Source: Candidatus Yanofskybacteria bacterium
GTDB lineage: Bacteria > Patescibacteriota > Minisyncoccia > 2-02-FULL-40-12 > GWA2-44-9
Assembly: GCA_003151795.1 (NCBI GenBank)
Contig: PLYL01000022.1
Span: 1 to 50,975 of the forward strand
Reading direction: 5' to 3'
DNA length: 50,975 nucleotides
The translations under genes were made by a program, and so were the position numbers. Positions 36,318-46,382 of this stretch are shown in pieces. A model generated the notes under the pieces. It was not told the DNA's origin. It worked only from the letters and a program-made list of their open reading frames with translations, and did no database searches. Position 1 is the first letter of the stretch, and each line of letters begins with the position of its first letter.

Positions 36318-38015
36318 TCAACCCAAAATGCGTTCAATCTCGTCAAACGAGGTTACGCCGGCCAGTAATTTCAAATACGCGTCTTGGCGCATCGTAATCA
36401 TCCCTTGCTTGACCGCTAATTCCGTAACATCGGCCATCGACGGATTCGACATAATTAATTTCTCCATCTCCGGCGTGACATGGAAAGCCTCGTAGACGCC
36501 GATACGGCCCTTGTAGCCGGTGGTGTTGCACTTCTCACAGCCGACCGGTTCAAAAATTTCCATATTCTCGGTCAAAGTAGGAACTTTGTCAGCCAGAGGC
36601 TGACCCGCCTTTGGCGGGAATTTACCCCTAAGGGGTTCAAGGTCGGTTTTTATTTTGGCTAATCGACCGGCGGCTAATGGTTTTTTGGCTCGGCAATTTT
36701 CACACAATTTTCTTAACAAGCGCTGGGCCATGGCCATGCGGATGGCGGGCGCGATAATTTGAGGCTGGACTTTCAGATCAATCAGGCGGGGGATAGTGCC
36801 GGCCGCGTCGTTGGTGTGAATCGTCGAAAGCACCAAGTGGCCCGTCAGAGCCGCGTTCAAAGCGATCTCGGCGGTTTCATTATCTCGGATTTCACCGACC
36901 AGAATAATGTCGGGGTCTTGGCGGACAATCGAGCGCAGGCCGTCGGCAAAAGTGTATCCTTTGGCGGGATCAACTTGGGTTTGGGAGATGCCGGTAATGT
37001 GATATTCAATCGGATCTTCAATGGTGATAATCTTTTCTTCCGATGAGTTTAAAAAGTTCACGAAGGCATACAGCGTCGTGGTCTTGCCGGAACCGGTCGG
37101 GCCGGTGGTCAGGATAGCGCCCGTCGGTTTGGCCAACTGTTCCTTCATCATGTCGAGGAAATCGGGGCGCATGCCCAAGTCTTCGAGCTTGCCTTTGATA
37201 CTGCGCGGGTCGAGCAAACGCATGACGATGGTCTCGCCGAATTCGCTGGGCAGGATAGAAACACGGACCTCGATATCGATGCCGCCCTCGCGGATCGTAA
37301 ACCGGCCGTCTTGGGGCGCACGCTGGATGTTGAGTTTGAGGTGCGAGAGAACTTTAATGCGATTCACCACTTTTTCATATGATGCGCTTTCGATGGTGGT
37401 CACGTCTTCCAGAACGCCATCCATGCGGTAGCGGAGACGGGCATTTTCGTGAGTCGGTTCAAAGTGAATGTCCGAAGCGCCAATCTTCAAAGCGCCGGCC
37501 AAGAGAATTTCCAGCATCTTGGTAACGGATACGCTGGCGACCTGTTGCTGAAGATCTTTGATTGACCCAATTTTGCTTTGGAGTTCGGCCAGGTCGGCTT
37601 CTTTAATATCAATCGAGCCGACTTCAAAGGTGTCGACGCGTTTTAGGTTAATGTATCTCTGCCAGGCATGAGCAAGGCCGGCGGGGGAGGTCATGATGAT
37701 GTGAATCGTGAATCCGCGGGTTTTGAGACTTTTGATTGATTCCAAACCGTCAATTTTGGCGGGGTCGGTAGTAGCGACGGTTAGAGCCACGCCTGTTTTG
37801 AGGATAATAGCGAAATTTCCGGCTCGGGCTTCTTCTTCGGAAACTAAACCCAGCGCGCCGGTGTCGATGGGCGCCGAGGCCAGGTCGGAAAAAGGGATAC
37901 CAAGCTTCTGGGCCGCCGCCTGGAACGAATCCTTGCTTCCATGAGCGCTGATTTGCCCCAGCTTTTTCTCCAATTCTTCCTCTCGTTTTACTTGCGGTGT
38001 TTTGGGGTCTGCCAT
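36318..38015 (-). CDS. pilB: GspE/PulE/PilB family type IV pilus ATPase
   Basis: ASDIHFEP, PQDGR, GPTGSGKTT, TIEDPIE, RQDPD, TGHLVLSTIH, Zn-binding CxxC pairs. Confidence 0.9.
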   Translation of the reverse strand: MADPKTPQVKREEELEKKLGQISAHGSKDSFQAAAQKLGIPFSDLASAPIDTGALGLVSEEEARAGNFAIILKTGVALTVATTDPAKIDGLESIKSLKTRGFTIHIIMTSPAGLAHAWQRYINLKRVDTFEVGSIDIKEADLAELQSKIGSIKDLQQQVASVSVTKMLEILLAGALKIGASDIHFEPTHENARLRYRMDGVLEDVTTIESASYEKVVNRIKVLSHLKLNIQRAPQDGRFTIREGGIDIEVRVSILPSEFGETIVMRLLDPRSIKGKLEDLGMRPDFLDMMKEQLAKPTGAILTTGPTGSGKTTTLYAFVNFLNSSEEKIITIEDPIEYHITGISQTQVDPAKGYTFADGLRSIVRQDPDIILVGEIRDNETAEIALNAALTGHLVLSTIHTNDAAGTIPRLIDLKVQPQIIAPAIRMAMAQRLLRKLCENCRAKKPLAAGRLAKIKTDLEPLRGKFPPKAGQPLADKVPTLTENMEIFEPVGCEKCNTTGYKGRIGVYEAFHVTPEMEKLIMSNPSMADVTELAVKQGMITMRQDAYLKLLAGVTSFDEIERILG

Positions 38016-38123
38016 TCCTGTAATTATATCACCTTAGTTTGTTTGGGATATCACCAACCCTGTGTCTGGCCATACCCTAACGGACTGAATAGCAAAGTAA
38101 ATGTTTTTTTGTGGATAAGCTTC

Positions 38124-38304
38124 GCCATCGTGATTCTTTCGCTGTTCTCTCCGCTCGTCTCGTATCCTCAACCTCGTTATTGTTCCGAACAAAAAGGCCA
38201 CCTGATTTACGCTTCGCTACAAACATCCTTTTTGTTACCGGAACAATTTCTTCGCTTTCGGTACGAGAGTAGAGCGTCGTTCAACGCTCAGAAATCACGA
38301 TGGC
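38124..38304. repeat. Long imperfect hairpin upstream of hicBA
   Basis: gccatcgtgatt / aatcacgatggc; attgttccgaacaaaaagg / cctttttgttaccggaacaat. Confidence 0.8.
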
Positions 38305-38371
38305 TCCGCTTCTTTTGGTTGGAGCAAAGAAAGAGTTTGTAAATTTTAAGGGTCTATACTACAATGACCGC

Positions 38372-38608
38372 ATGACGACGAAGAATCAATTTACGGCTGT
38401 ATATAAAAAGACCAAAGATTGGTTTATTGCTTGGGTTGAAGAAATTCCCGGCGTAAATACTCAAGGGAAAACCATGAAAGAAGTTCGTGAAAATCTACAC
38501 GAGGCCCTTTTGCTTGTCCTTGAAACCAATCGTAATCACTCAAGATCTGCTCTAAAAAAAGACTCCTCTGCTAAACGAGAGCTTATTAGTGTAAGGCTGT
38601 CTGCGTAA
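38372..38608 (+). CDS. hicB: HicB family antitoxin
   Basis: WFIAWVEEIPGVNTQGKTMKEVRENLHEAL. Confidence 0.88.
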   Translation: MTTKNQFTAVYKKTKDWFIAWVEEIPGVNTQGKTMKEVRENLHEALLLVLETNRNHSRSALKKDSSAKRELISVRLSA

Positions 38609-38796
38609 TGAAGCGGAGAGATTTTATTCTCCACCTAAAAAAATATCACTGTTTTCTTGTCCGTGAGGGAGCAAACCACTCTATTTTTCGTAATGTAAAA
38701 AACAATCAGGTCTCCACTGTTCCCAGGCACAACGAAATTGATAATTTTCTATGTAAAAAGATATGCAAGGACCTCGGTGTTCCTCGCATAAAGTAA
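38608..38796 (+). CDS. hicA: HicA family toxin
   Basis: REGANHSIF, TVPRHNEI, KICKDLG. Confidence 0.9.
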   Translation: MKRRDFILHLKKYHCFLVREGANHSIFRNVKNNQVSTVPRHNEIDNFLCKKICKDLGVPRIK

Positions 38797-38969
38797 AGAT
38801 TCCTCAAGATTATTTCTGGCCCAGCTCCCAATCGTGCAGATTGTGAGAAAAGTAACAAGGCCCCGCTTCTTTTGATGTTGATAAGTTTTCACGGGCTGTG
38901 AGTTTATAAGGGTTTTTTGATTAGTCCCACAGGGTGTACAACATGTAAAAATTCACATATCATAAGGGT

Positions 38970-41282
38970 ATGCCCGAGTTAACTAAATCACTAGAAAGTG
39001 CAACGAGGAAAAAAATAGACAATTGGCTTAGAGAATTAGGGTGGAACATATTTGAAGATTCTCCTGATTGTAATGTATTCACGGAGCGAGCAAAAACTAT
39101 CGAACAAAATAAAAAGTTTGGTGGCAAAAAACCCGACTATGTTCTTTACAAAACTGGTACCGACAATCCAATAGGAATTATTGAAGCAAAGAGAAAGGGG
39201 CAGTCGATTGATGAGGCATTACAGCAGGGTATAGAAAGATACGCCAAACCAATTGGTGTCGATATTGTATTTGCGATTGACGGTACTTTTGTAAAAGCAT
39301 TTTCAATTTCGGAAAATTCAGTATTAATGCTAGATAACGAATCTCTGCTAGAGCTTGTTTCGGAAAAAAAATTACTTCGATTTATCAATGAGGGAGCGAC
39401 TATAAAAGAAGCCCCAGACACAGTAAGACACTCTCGCGAGGAGTTGATTCAGACATTTCGCTGGGCGAATGACTTATTAAGAAAAGAAGGATTGAGAAAT
39501 CTCGACAGATTTGTTGAATTTGCCAACATTTTATTCATAAAGATAATGAGTGAAATCGAGAATGAACGAGAAGCGACTGGTGAGCCACGTCGCTTGGACG
39601 CATCTCTTTGTTGGGAAAGTTTTTCAGAAATGGAAGACCCGAAACAAATGTTGAACTATATCAATAATTCAGTTCTTAAAGATGGGTTTGCAAAAAAGTA
39701 TAACCACAGTGATGATATTTTTCAAAAAACATTACAAATTCGCAACCCCGATACCGTTAAAGATATAGTCAACAGATTATCAAAATTAACCTTAATAAAT
39801 ACGGAGTCAGAAATAAAAGGAGATGCTTTTGAATATTTTTTGAAAGAATTGGCATCAGGGAACGATCTGGGAGAATACTTTACGCCTCGACATGTTGTAA
39901 AACTAATGACCAATATTGTTAACCCAAAATACGGGCAGGCTATATATGACCCATGTTGTGGTACTGGTGGATTTCTGATTGAAGCGTTTAGGCATATAAA
40001 AAAGTCATGCAATACAAACGACAAGGAAATAATGAAAAAACTGACCGAAGACACTATTTTTGGGGTTGAACTAACCGATACTTATAAAATTGCCAAGATG
40101 AACATGATTATTATTGGTGACGGTCACAATAATATAGTTCAAGGAGATTCATTATCTCCACAGTCAAAAAAAGATGAATTTAGTGAGGTTGTTTTAACCA
40201 ACCCACCCTACAGCCAAAAAACAGACTACGGCGAATATTATCCTGTTACATCAAAACAGGCTGATCCAATATTTCTACAACACATAGTCCTTTCACTAAA
40301 AGATGGTGGTGAAGCGGCAGTTATTGTTCCGGAGGGCTTATTATTTAGAAGCGGAGTTTTTGAACAAGTGAGGAAATACCTGTTGGAAAAATGCGATTTG
40401 AAATCTGTTATATCTTTGCCCGCGGGAGTCTTCTTGCCCTACACGGATGTTAAAACAGACGTGATTATTTTCGAGAAAGGTAAATCTACTAAACGAGTTT
40501 GGTTTTATGAAATATTAAATGATGGCTTTGAGCTTAATAGAAATAGACGTCCAATAAAAGGTAGTGATATTCCCGATTTATTAGAAAAGTGGGGCGAAAA
40601 ACCAGAATCTGAAAAAAGCTGGTGGGTAGACATAGAAAAAATAAAAGACAAAGACTTTAGTTTGAAGCCGGATGATTATAAATTTCATGAAAAAGTTAAG
40701 AGTAAATACCCACTAGTTAGATTGGAGGATGTGGCAGAAATATCCGCTGGCTCCACTGCGTCTCAAAATAGAAGCCATTACGAGAGTGGGAGATACCCAT
40801 TTATTCGAGTAAAAGATTTAGCTTTTCCAGAAAATTGGAAATTTGTTGTAAAAACAAGGGACAAAGTAAATGATTTGGCCGTTCAAGAGAAACGGTTGGT
40901 TAAAGTAAAAAAACATTCTATCATTTTTCCTAAAAGTGGCATCTCGCTCCTGCATAATAAAAGAGCAATTTTAAGCGAGGATTCCTTTGTTGTAAATCAC
41001 TTTGCCATCTTATACCCAAACGCAGAAAAAATTGACTATCAGTATCTTTATTACGTTCTTAAAAAAATTGATATGGGAAAATACTGCAATAGAACAACAC
41101 TTCCATCGTTAAATCTATCCGTAATAAAAGAAATAAAGATTCCGTTACCACCCTTGAATAAGCAACGAGAAATTGTAGATAACATTATTGAGCGCGAGAA
41201 TATGATCAAAGAAACCTCCAGCAAGGTTGAATCTTACCAGAAGGAGATTCAAGGTCAGTTGGATAATTTGTTTGAAGAATGA
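38970..41282 (+). CDS. Fused restriction nuclease, N6-adenine MTase and specificity (TRD) protein
   Basis: PDYVL...IEAKR nuclease, GEYFTP, DPCCGTGGFL, NPPY, C-terminal HsdS-like IPLPPLNKQ. Confidence 0.88.
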   Translation: MPELTKSLESATRKKIDNWLRELGWNIFEDSPDCNVFTERAKTIEQNKKFGGKKPDYVLYKTGTDNPIGIIEAKRKGQSIDEALQQGIERYAKPIGVDIVFAIDGTFVKAFSISENSVLMLDNESLLELVSEKKLLRFINEGATIKEAPDTVRHSREELIQTFRWANDLLRKEGLRNLDRFVEFANILFIKIMSEIENEREATGEPRRLDASLCWESFSEMEDPKQMLNYINNSVLKDGFAKKYNHSDDIFQKTLQIRNPDTVKDIVNRLSKLTLINTESEIKGDAFEYFLKELASGNDLGEYFTPRHVVKLMTNIVNPKYGQAIYDPCCGTGGFLIEAFRHIKKSCNTNDKEIMKKLTEDTIFGVELTDTYKIAKMNMIIIGDGHNNIVQGDSLSPQSKKDEFSEVVLTNPPYSQKTDYGEYYPVTSKQADPIFLQHIVLSLKDGGEAAVIVPEGLLFRSGVFEQVRKYLLEKCDLKSVISLPAGVFLPYTDVKTDVIIFEKGKSTKRVWFYEILNDGFELNRNRRPIKGSDIPDLLEKWGEKPESEKSWWVDIEKIKDKDFSLKPDDYKFHEKVKSKYPLVRLEDVAEISAGSTASQNRSHYESGRYPFIRVKDLAFPENWKFVVKTRDKVNDLAVQEKRLVKVKKHSIIFPKSGISLLHNKRAILSEDSFVVNHFAILYPNAEKIDYQYLYYVLKKIDMGKYCNRTTLPSLNLSVIKEIKIPLPPLNKQREIVDNIIERENMIKETSSKVESYQKEIQGQLDNLFEE

Positions 41283-41290
41283 CCGCAGAG

Positions 41291-41319
41291 TTGACTTGGG
41301 GATAACCATCTGGTATTAT
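41291..41319 (+). promoter_or_regulatory. Sigma70 promoter for nusA-tig
   Basis: TTGACT-17 bp-TATTAT. Confidence 0.6.
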
Positions 41320-41405
41320 TGGGGAGTAAGTCAGCTCTATAGTGTTAACGGTCCGCGAGAGCGGGCTTGTTTCTTTAAATAACCAACAATTAACTAACCA
41401 AAACT

Positions 41406-42686
41406 ATGTTCGACATGAAAGAATTCGCTTCGGCGATGAAGCAGATTTCGGAGGAAAAGGGGATCTCGGCAGAGAGTGTATTCGAAACCATTGAAGCGGC
41501 TATCGCCGCGGCCTATAAGCGCGAGTACGGCGAGAAGGGCCAGATTATTAAGGCGACCATGGATCCACAAACTGGGGTTTTGAGCATGACCCAAACTCAC
41601 TATGTCGTGGAAGGCGTGGACGAAGAGGGGAATATCACCGGCCCGTTGCCGGTGAAAGTCGTCGAAGAAAAACCGGACTTCCAAGACATGGAAGGCACGC
41701 GCCGCCGCCCCGCCGCTTTCGGGGCAAGCCGGCCCGGCGAAGAAGCTCCGGTGGAAACGGGCGAAGTTAAAATTAAATTCAATCCCCAGAAACACGTTCT
41801 ATTAGAAGACGCGAAGAAGAAAAACAAAAAGGCCACGGTGGGGGATGAAGTCATCACCAAGCTTGAACCTAAGACTGATTTCGGCCGGATTGCCGCCCAG
41901 ACCGCAAAGCAGGTTATCATTCAGCGCTTGCGCGAAGCCGAGCGGGGCGCGATCTTCAATGAATTCAAAGATCGCGAAGGCGAGATTATTTCGGGTGTCG
42001 TCCAGCGCCGGGAGGGAGCCCTGGTGTTTGTCGACCTAGGCAAGACCAATGGTCTCGTTCCGCCGGCCGAACAAATGTTCACCGACAACTACCGTTTGGG
42101 TCAGCGCTATCGATTTGTCATTACCAAAGTCGAAGAAACCTCGCGCGGGCCGGTGGTGATTTTGTCCCGTTCCAATCCGAAACTGGTGGTCGGTCTTTTT
42201 AAAACCGAAGTGCCGGAAATAGACAGCGGTAGCGTGGAAGTCAAAGCCATCGCCCGCGAGGCGGGCTCGCGCACCAAGATTGCCGTCGCTTCGACCGAAG
42301 AGAGCATTGATCCCATCGGCTCGCTCGTTGGCCAAAAAGGCGTCCGGGTCCAGACCGTCATTAATGAAATCTCGGGCGAAAAAATAGACATCATTCTCTG
42401 GAGCGATAAACCGACTGATTTTATCGCCAACTGTTTCTCGCCGGCTAAAGTGCTCCAAGTCAAAATCGTCGATGAAGAGCGCAAGCACGCGCTGGTTGAA
42501 GTTTCTGACGACCAGTTCTCCCTTGCCATTGGCAAGAAAGGCCAAAACGTCCGCCTGGCCGCTAAGTTGAGCGGTTGGAAGATTGACGTCCGTTCGCCGA
42601 AAGAAGCCGTCACTTTTGACGAGACAGTTGAAGCAGATCCGAATGCACCCATAGTTGAAGTTGCTCCTGATAAATCAGAATCTTAA
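41406..42686 (+). CDS. nusA: Transcription factor NusA
   Basis: FGRIAAQTAKQVI, AREAGSRTKIAV, LAIGKKGQNVRLA. Confidence 0.96.
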   Translation: MFDMKEFASAMKQISEEKGISAESVFETIEAAIAAAYKREYGEKGQIIKATMDPQTGVLSMTQTHYVVEGVDEEGNITGPLPVKVVEEKPDFQDMEGTRRRPAAFGASRPGEEAPVETGEVKIKFNPQKHVLLEDAKKKNKKATVGDEVITKLEPKTDFGRIAAQTAKQVIIQRLREAERGAIFNEFKDREGEIISGVVQRREGALVFVDLGKTNGLVPPAEQMFTDNYRLGQRYRFVITKVEETSRGPVVILSRSNPKLVVGLFKTEVPEIDSGSVEVKAIAREAGSRTKIAVASTEESIDPIGSLVGQKGVRVQTVINEISGEKIDIILWSDKPTDFIANCFSPAKVLQVKIVDEERKHALVEVSDDQFSLAIGKKGQNVRLAAKLSGWKIDVRSPKEAVTFDETVEADPNAPIVEVAPDKSES

Positions 42687-42717
42687 TTCTTTATTCTAAA
42701 TTCTTAATTCTAGTCAG

Positions 42718-44022
42718 ATGACCTCGACCAATAAAAAATTAGACGCCGACCATATCGAACTGGCCGTTGAACTCGGGCGGGATGAACTGGCCGAATATGT
42801 TCGTTCGGCCGAAGATGCCCTAATCCAAGAAGTGACGATTGATGGTTTTAGACCCGGAAAAGCCCCGCGCGACAAAGTCCGCCAGCACGTCGGTGAAGCC
42901 CAGGTCCTTGAATCCGCCCTCCAGACCGCGGTCCAGCAAAGCCTGGCCAAAGTTATTGCCGAGCAGAAACTGGACGTGATTGAAGCCACCGACCTTTCGG
43001 TGAAAGAAAACACGCCCGACAAACTGGTCTACAGCGTGAAGCTCCAGATTTTTCCGGAAGTGAAGCTTCCAGAACTGACCAGTATTAAAGTCAGCCGGCG
43101 TGATGTTGTTATTGATAATAAAGAAATTGATGAGGCACTGGAAACCGTCAAAGCCTCTCGAGCGGTTTTGACTGCCACTGACGAGCCAGCCGTCAAAGGC
43201 GACCGGCTTGAGGTTGATTTTGAAGTCAAAGAAAAAGACGTCCTCATCGAAGATGGCACTAGCGTCAATCACCCCGTCGTCATCGGCAAAGAAAATTTTG
43301 TCCCTGGATTTGAAGACCAATTGATTGGCCTGAAAAAAGGCGAGCGCAAAGAATTCTCTTTGACGGCCCCTAAAGATTTCGCCAATAAAACCGTGGCCGG
43401 CAAGAAACTTGATTTCGCCGTGACGGTGAAGGATATTAAAAAAGTCACCTTGCCCGTGCTCGATGACGCCTTCGCGAAGTCGCTGGGCCAGTTTGAAAAC
43501 CTCGACCAACTCATGCTGAACATCCGAGATGGCTTGACCGAAGAAAAGAAAGACAAAGAAAATCAGCGCGTGCGCCTGGAAATTATGAATGGCCTGATTG
43601 CCAAAACTGTCTGTACCGCCTCGCCCTCGATGGTTGAAGACCAGCTTACGACGATGATGCAGAATTTTGACCAAGATCTGCATCGTCATGACATGGAGTT
43701 GAGTCTATATCTCGCCAAGATTGGCAAGACCCAAGAAGACATCAAGAAAGAATGGCGGCCGGAAGCGGAGCGCCAGGTGAAAATGGCGCTAGTCTTGCAC
43801 GCCATCGCCCGAGAAAATAATCTTGAGATTACCCGCGAAGAAACCGATGAAGCGCTCGAATCATTAATCCAATCAACGATGTTGAGAAGCCCAGCCGGAG
43901 GCGGGCAAGGCGGGGGAGCGAGCCCCAATCTCGATATGGAACGGATGCGTTCCACAATCCAATCCCGGCTTTTGAGCGAGAAGACCTTTCAGTTTCTTGA
44001 GAAGACTTGCCTTACAGTTTAA
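42718..44022 (+). CDS. tig: Trigger factor
   Basis: GFRPGKAP, FVPGFEDQLIG. Confidence 0.95.
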   Translation: MTSTNKKLDADHIELAVELGRDELAEYVRSAEDALIQEVTIDGFRPGKAPRDKVRQHVGEAQVLESALQTAVQQSLAKVIAEQKLDVIEATDLSVKENTPDKLVYSVKLQIFPEVKLPELTSIKVSRRDVVIDNKEIDEALETVKASRAVLTATDEPAVKGDRLEVDFEVKEKDVLIEDGTSVNHPVVIGKENFVPGFEDQLIGLKKGERKEFSLTAPKDFANKTVAGKKLDFAVTVKDIKKVTLPVLDDAFAKSLGQFENLDQLMLNIRDGLTEEKKDKENQRVRLEIMNGLIAKTVCTASPSMVEDQLTTMMQNFDQDLHRHDMELSLYLAKIGKTQEDIKKEWRPEAERQVKMALVLHAIARENNLEITREETDEALESLIQSTMLRSPAGGGQGGGASPNLDMERMRSTIQSRLLSEKTFQFLEKTCLTV

Positions 44023-44061
44023 CACTTGTGGCAGGACCTATTCTAAGAGTAGAATTGAGCT

Positions 44062-44448
44062 ATGTGGCAATCCCTCCAAACTTCTCATCTGATTTTGCGC
44101 TTATCCCTGGCCATCGTGTTCTTGTGGTTTGGGATTGATAAATTTTTCCATCCGGCCTATTGGCTCAATGCTTGGATGCCTCATTTTATTATAAATTTCG
44201 GGGCCATGTTTCATGTCTCGGCCAACTCGCTCGTCTACAGTATTGGCGTGATTGAGCTTCTGGTGGGGATTAGCCTGGCCAGTAATATGTTCATCGATTT
44301 TTTTGCTCTCATCGCCGTTGTATTCTTGGTTGTCATTTCTCTATTCTATGGCTTCAACGAAGTCCTTGTCCGCGATGTCGGGCTTATCGGGGGATTGTTA
44401 GCGCTTGTTTTTTGGCCCGGTAGTAGAAGTTCGGCCAGCTGGCGCTGA
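44062..44448 (+). CDS. DoxX family membrane protein
   Basis: LRLSLAIVFLWFGIDKF, IELLVG, RDVGL. Confidence 0.8.
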   Translation: MWQSLQTSHLILRLSLAIVFLWFGIDKFFHPAYWLNAWMPHFIINFGAMFHVSANSLVYSIGVIELLVGISLASNMFIDFFALIAVVFLVVISLFYGFNEVLVRDVGLIGGLLALVFWPGSRSSASWR

Positions 44449-44531
44449 AAGAAATAACCGAACTTCGCTACCGGGCAGGCCCTCTCTGTTTAGCTTGCCA
44501 GGTAGTTAATTTTCGAGTAGTATTTCGCCGT

Positions 44532-45701
44532 ATGCAGAAGCATAAAGGCAATCGAAAATTCTACTACCTGGATAATGCCGCTGCCACGCCGATTGACTCT
44601 CAAGTGTTGTCGGCGATGAATAAAGCGGCGGGTCTGTACGGCAATCCGTCGTCGTTTAATAATGCTGGCCGAGCGGCTCGCGCTGAAATTGAAAAATCCC
44701 GCCAAGCTATCGCGGCCTTTCTTGGCGCCCGGCCAGATGAAATTGTGTTTATGGGTTCGGGAAGCGAAGCTAATAATCTAGCCATCCTTGGTTCGCTTTC
44801 AGGCCTAGAATCGGGAACCGTACTGACGACACTCATCGAGCATCGCTCCATTCTGGAGCCATTAAGGCGACTAGCGCTTAAGATTAAATATATTTCTGTC
44901 GATCAAACCGGACTCATTGATTTAAAAGAATTTGAGCGGCTTCTCGGGACCGACTGCCGCATGGTTTCAGTGATGTATGCTAATAATGAAATCGGCACGA
45001 TTGAGCCGATAAAGAAAATATCCCGAACAATCAAAGCGTTTAACAAGAAGTATAATACGAAGATATTATTTCACGTCGATGCTTGTCAGGCGACGCTATT
45101 CCTTGAGATGAATGTTCAAAATCTCGGGGTGGATTTTTTAAGTTTTGATGGTTGCAAGATTTATGGCCCGCACGGCGTCGGCGGACTATACATTCGAAAA
45201 GGGACGGTGGTACAACCTCTTATCGTTGGGGCGGGTCAAGAGCACGGCTTAAAAGCAGGGACCGAAAATATCCAAAATATTGTTGGACTGGCTGAAGCGA
45301 TTTCTCTGATACAGCCAGCTCAAGGAATTAAAATTTCCGCTCTGCGAGATTATGCCATCGGCAAACTTCGGGTAATCCCAGAGGTCATGGTGAACGGGCC
45401 GGCCGGAGATGGGCGCTTACCCAACAATATCAATCTTGCCGTCGCCGGTTTGACCAGCGAAGTCTTGCTCCTGGAACTCGACAAGCATGGCATCTACGCC
45501 GGCTCCGGTTCGGCCTGCACCTCCCATGGCGTCGAACCATCTCGGGTGCTCAAAGCCATCGGCGTACCCGCCAGCCACATCAACGGCGCCCTCCGTTTTT
45601 CCCTCGGCCGGGCCACCACAAAAAAAGATATCGACTACCTCGTTAAAACTCTGGTCAAAATTATTCCCCAACTCGCTAAGCGCTACGCTCGTTTAAGATA
45701 A
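44532..45701 (+). CDS. iscS: Cysteine desulfurase (IscS/NifS)
   Basis: YLDNAAATP, GNPSS, NNEIG, HVDACQ, KIYGP, GSACTS. Confidence 0.9.
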   Translation: MQKHKGNRKFYYLDNAAATPIDSQVLSAMNKAAGLYGNPSSFNNAGRAARAEIEKSRQAIAAFLGARPDEIVFMGSGSEANNLAILGSLSGLESGTVLTTLIEHRSILEPLRRLALKIKYISVDQTGLIDLKEFERLLGTDCRMVSVMYANNEIGTIEPIKKISRTIKAFNKKYNTKILFHVDACQATLFLEMNVQNLGVDFLSFDGCKIYGPHGVGGLYIRKGTVVQPLIVGAGQEHGLKAGTENIQNIVGLAEAISLIQPAQGIKISALRDYAIGKLRVIPEVMVNGPAGDGRLPNNINLAVAGLTSEVLLLELDKHGIYAGSGSACTSHGVEPSRVLKAIGVPASHINGALRFSLGRATTKKDIDYLVKTLVKIIPQLAKRYARLR

Positions 45702-46234
45702 AAAAGAAACTCTTTGTTTTTGCCCTTCTCGCCCAGGATGGGAGATTCGGTCTCGCCGAGTATTTCCAAACCAAGCCCTTTGAGCTTGGCTCTGACTTCG
45801 TGTAAAACTTCGGGGATAGCTTCCTCGGGGAGCTTGCCTTTGATTAGTCTGGGTTGGGCGACTTCATAGTGCGGTTTTACCAAAGTGATGATGTGACCGT
45901 CCGGTTTAAGATTTAAGAGGGCGTTAGGTACGACCTTTTCCAGTTTGGTCCAGCTGGTATCGATAGTTATAAAATCCATTTTCTCGGGTAATTCAATGTG
46001 CATCGCGTTTTTCTTTTCCATCACGACCACCCGCGGGTCATTGCGCAGTTTCCAATCCAAAACACCATAACCAGTTTCAACGGCATAGACTTTCTGGGCG
46101 CCGTGTTGCAAAAGGCAATCCACGAACCCGCCGGTACTGGAACCAAAATCCGCGCAGACGAGATTGGTTACGTCAACTTTGAATTCCTTGAGCGCATGCT
46201 CCAGTTTTTCTCCCGCGCGCGAGGCATAAGCCAT
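45683..46234 (-). CDS. tlyA: TlyA-like rRNA methyltransferase lacking the S4 domain
   Basis: SRAGEKL, DFGSSTGGF.DCLLQ.GA, LVKPHYE, GNKE-like KNKEF; start taken at MAYASR. Confidence 0.85.
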   Translation of the reverse strand: MAYASRAGEKLEHALKEFKVDVTNLVCADFGSSTGGFVDCLLQHGAQKVYAVETGYGVLDWKLRNDPRVVVMEKKNAMHIELPEKMDFITIDTSWTKLEKVVPNALLNLKPDGHIITLVKPHYEVAQPRLIKGKLPEEAIPEVLHEVRAKLKGLGLEILGETESPILGEKGKNKEFLFYLKRA

Positions 46235-46382
46235 GTGTGCCCTTGCTCGGTCTCGGAAACCGAGTATCAAGACAGTATAAGGCTTTTTGAGCGATTTTTC
46301 CAGAGCTGGATTGAGCCCGCTCGGTCGGGGTCAAAAACCCAAAAAATGCCAAAATTTTGGTGCGCCTATATCTAAGGTCTAA

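Noticed and set aside
42820-43689. 289-aa antisense ORF over tig, and similar shadow ORFs throughout
   Set aside because: They lie opposite or out of frame to well-supported genes and have no motifs.
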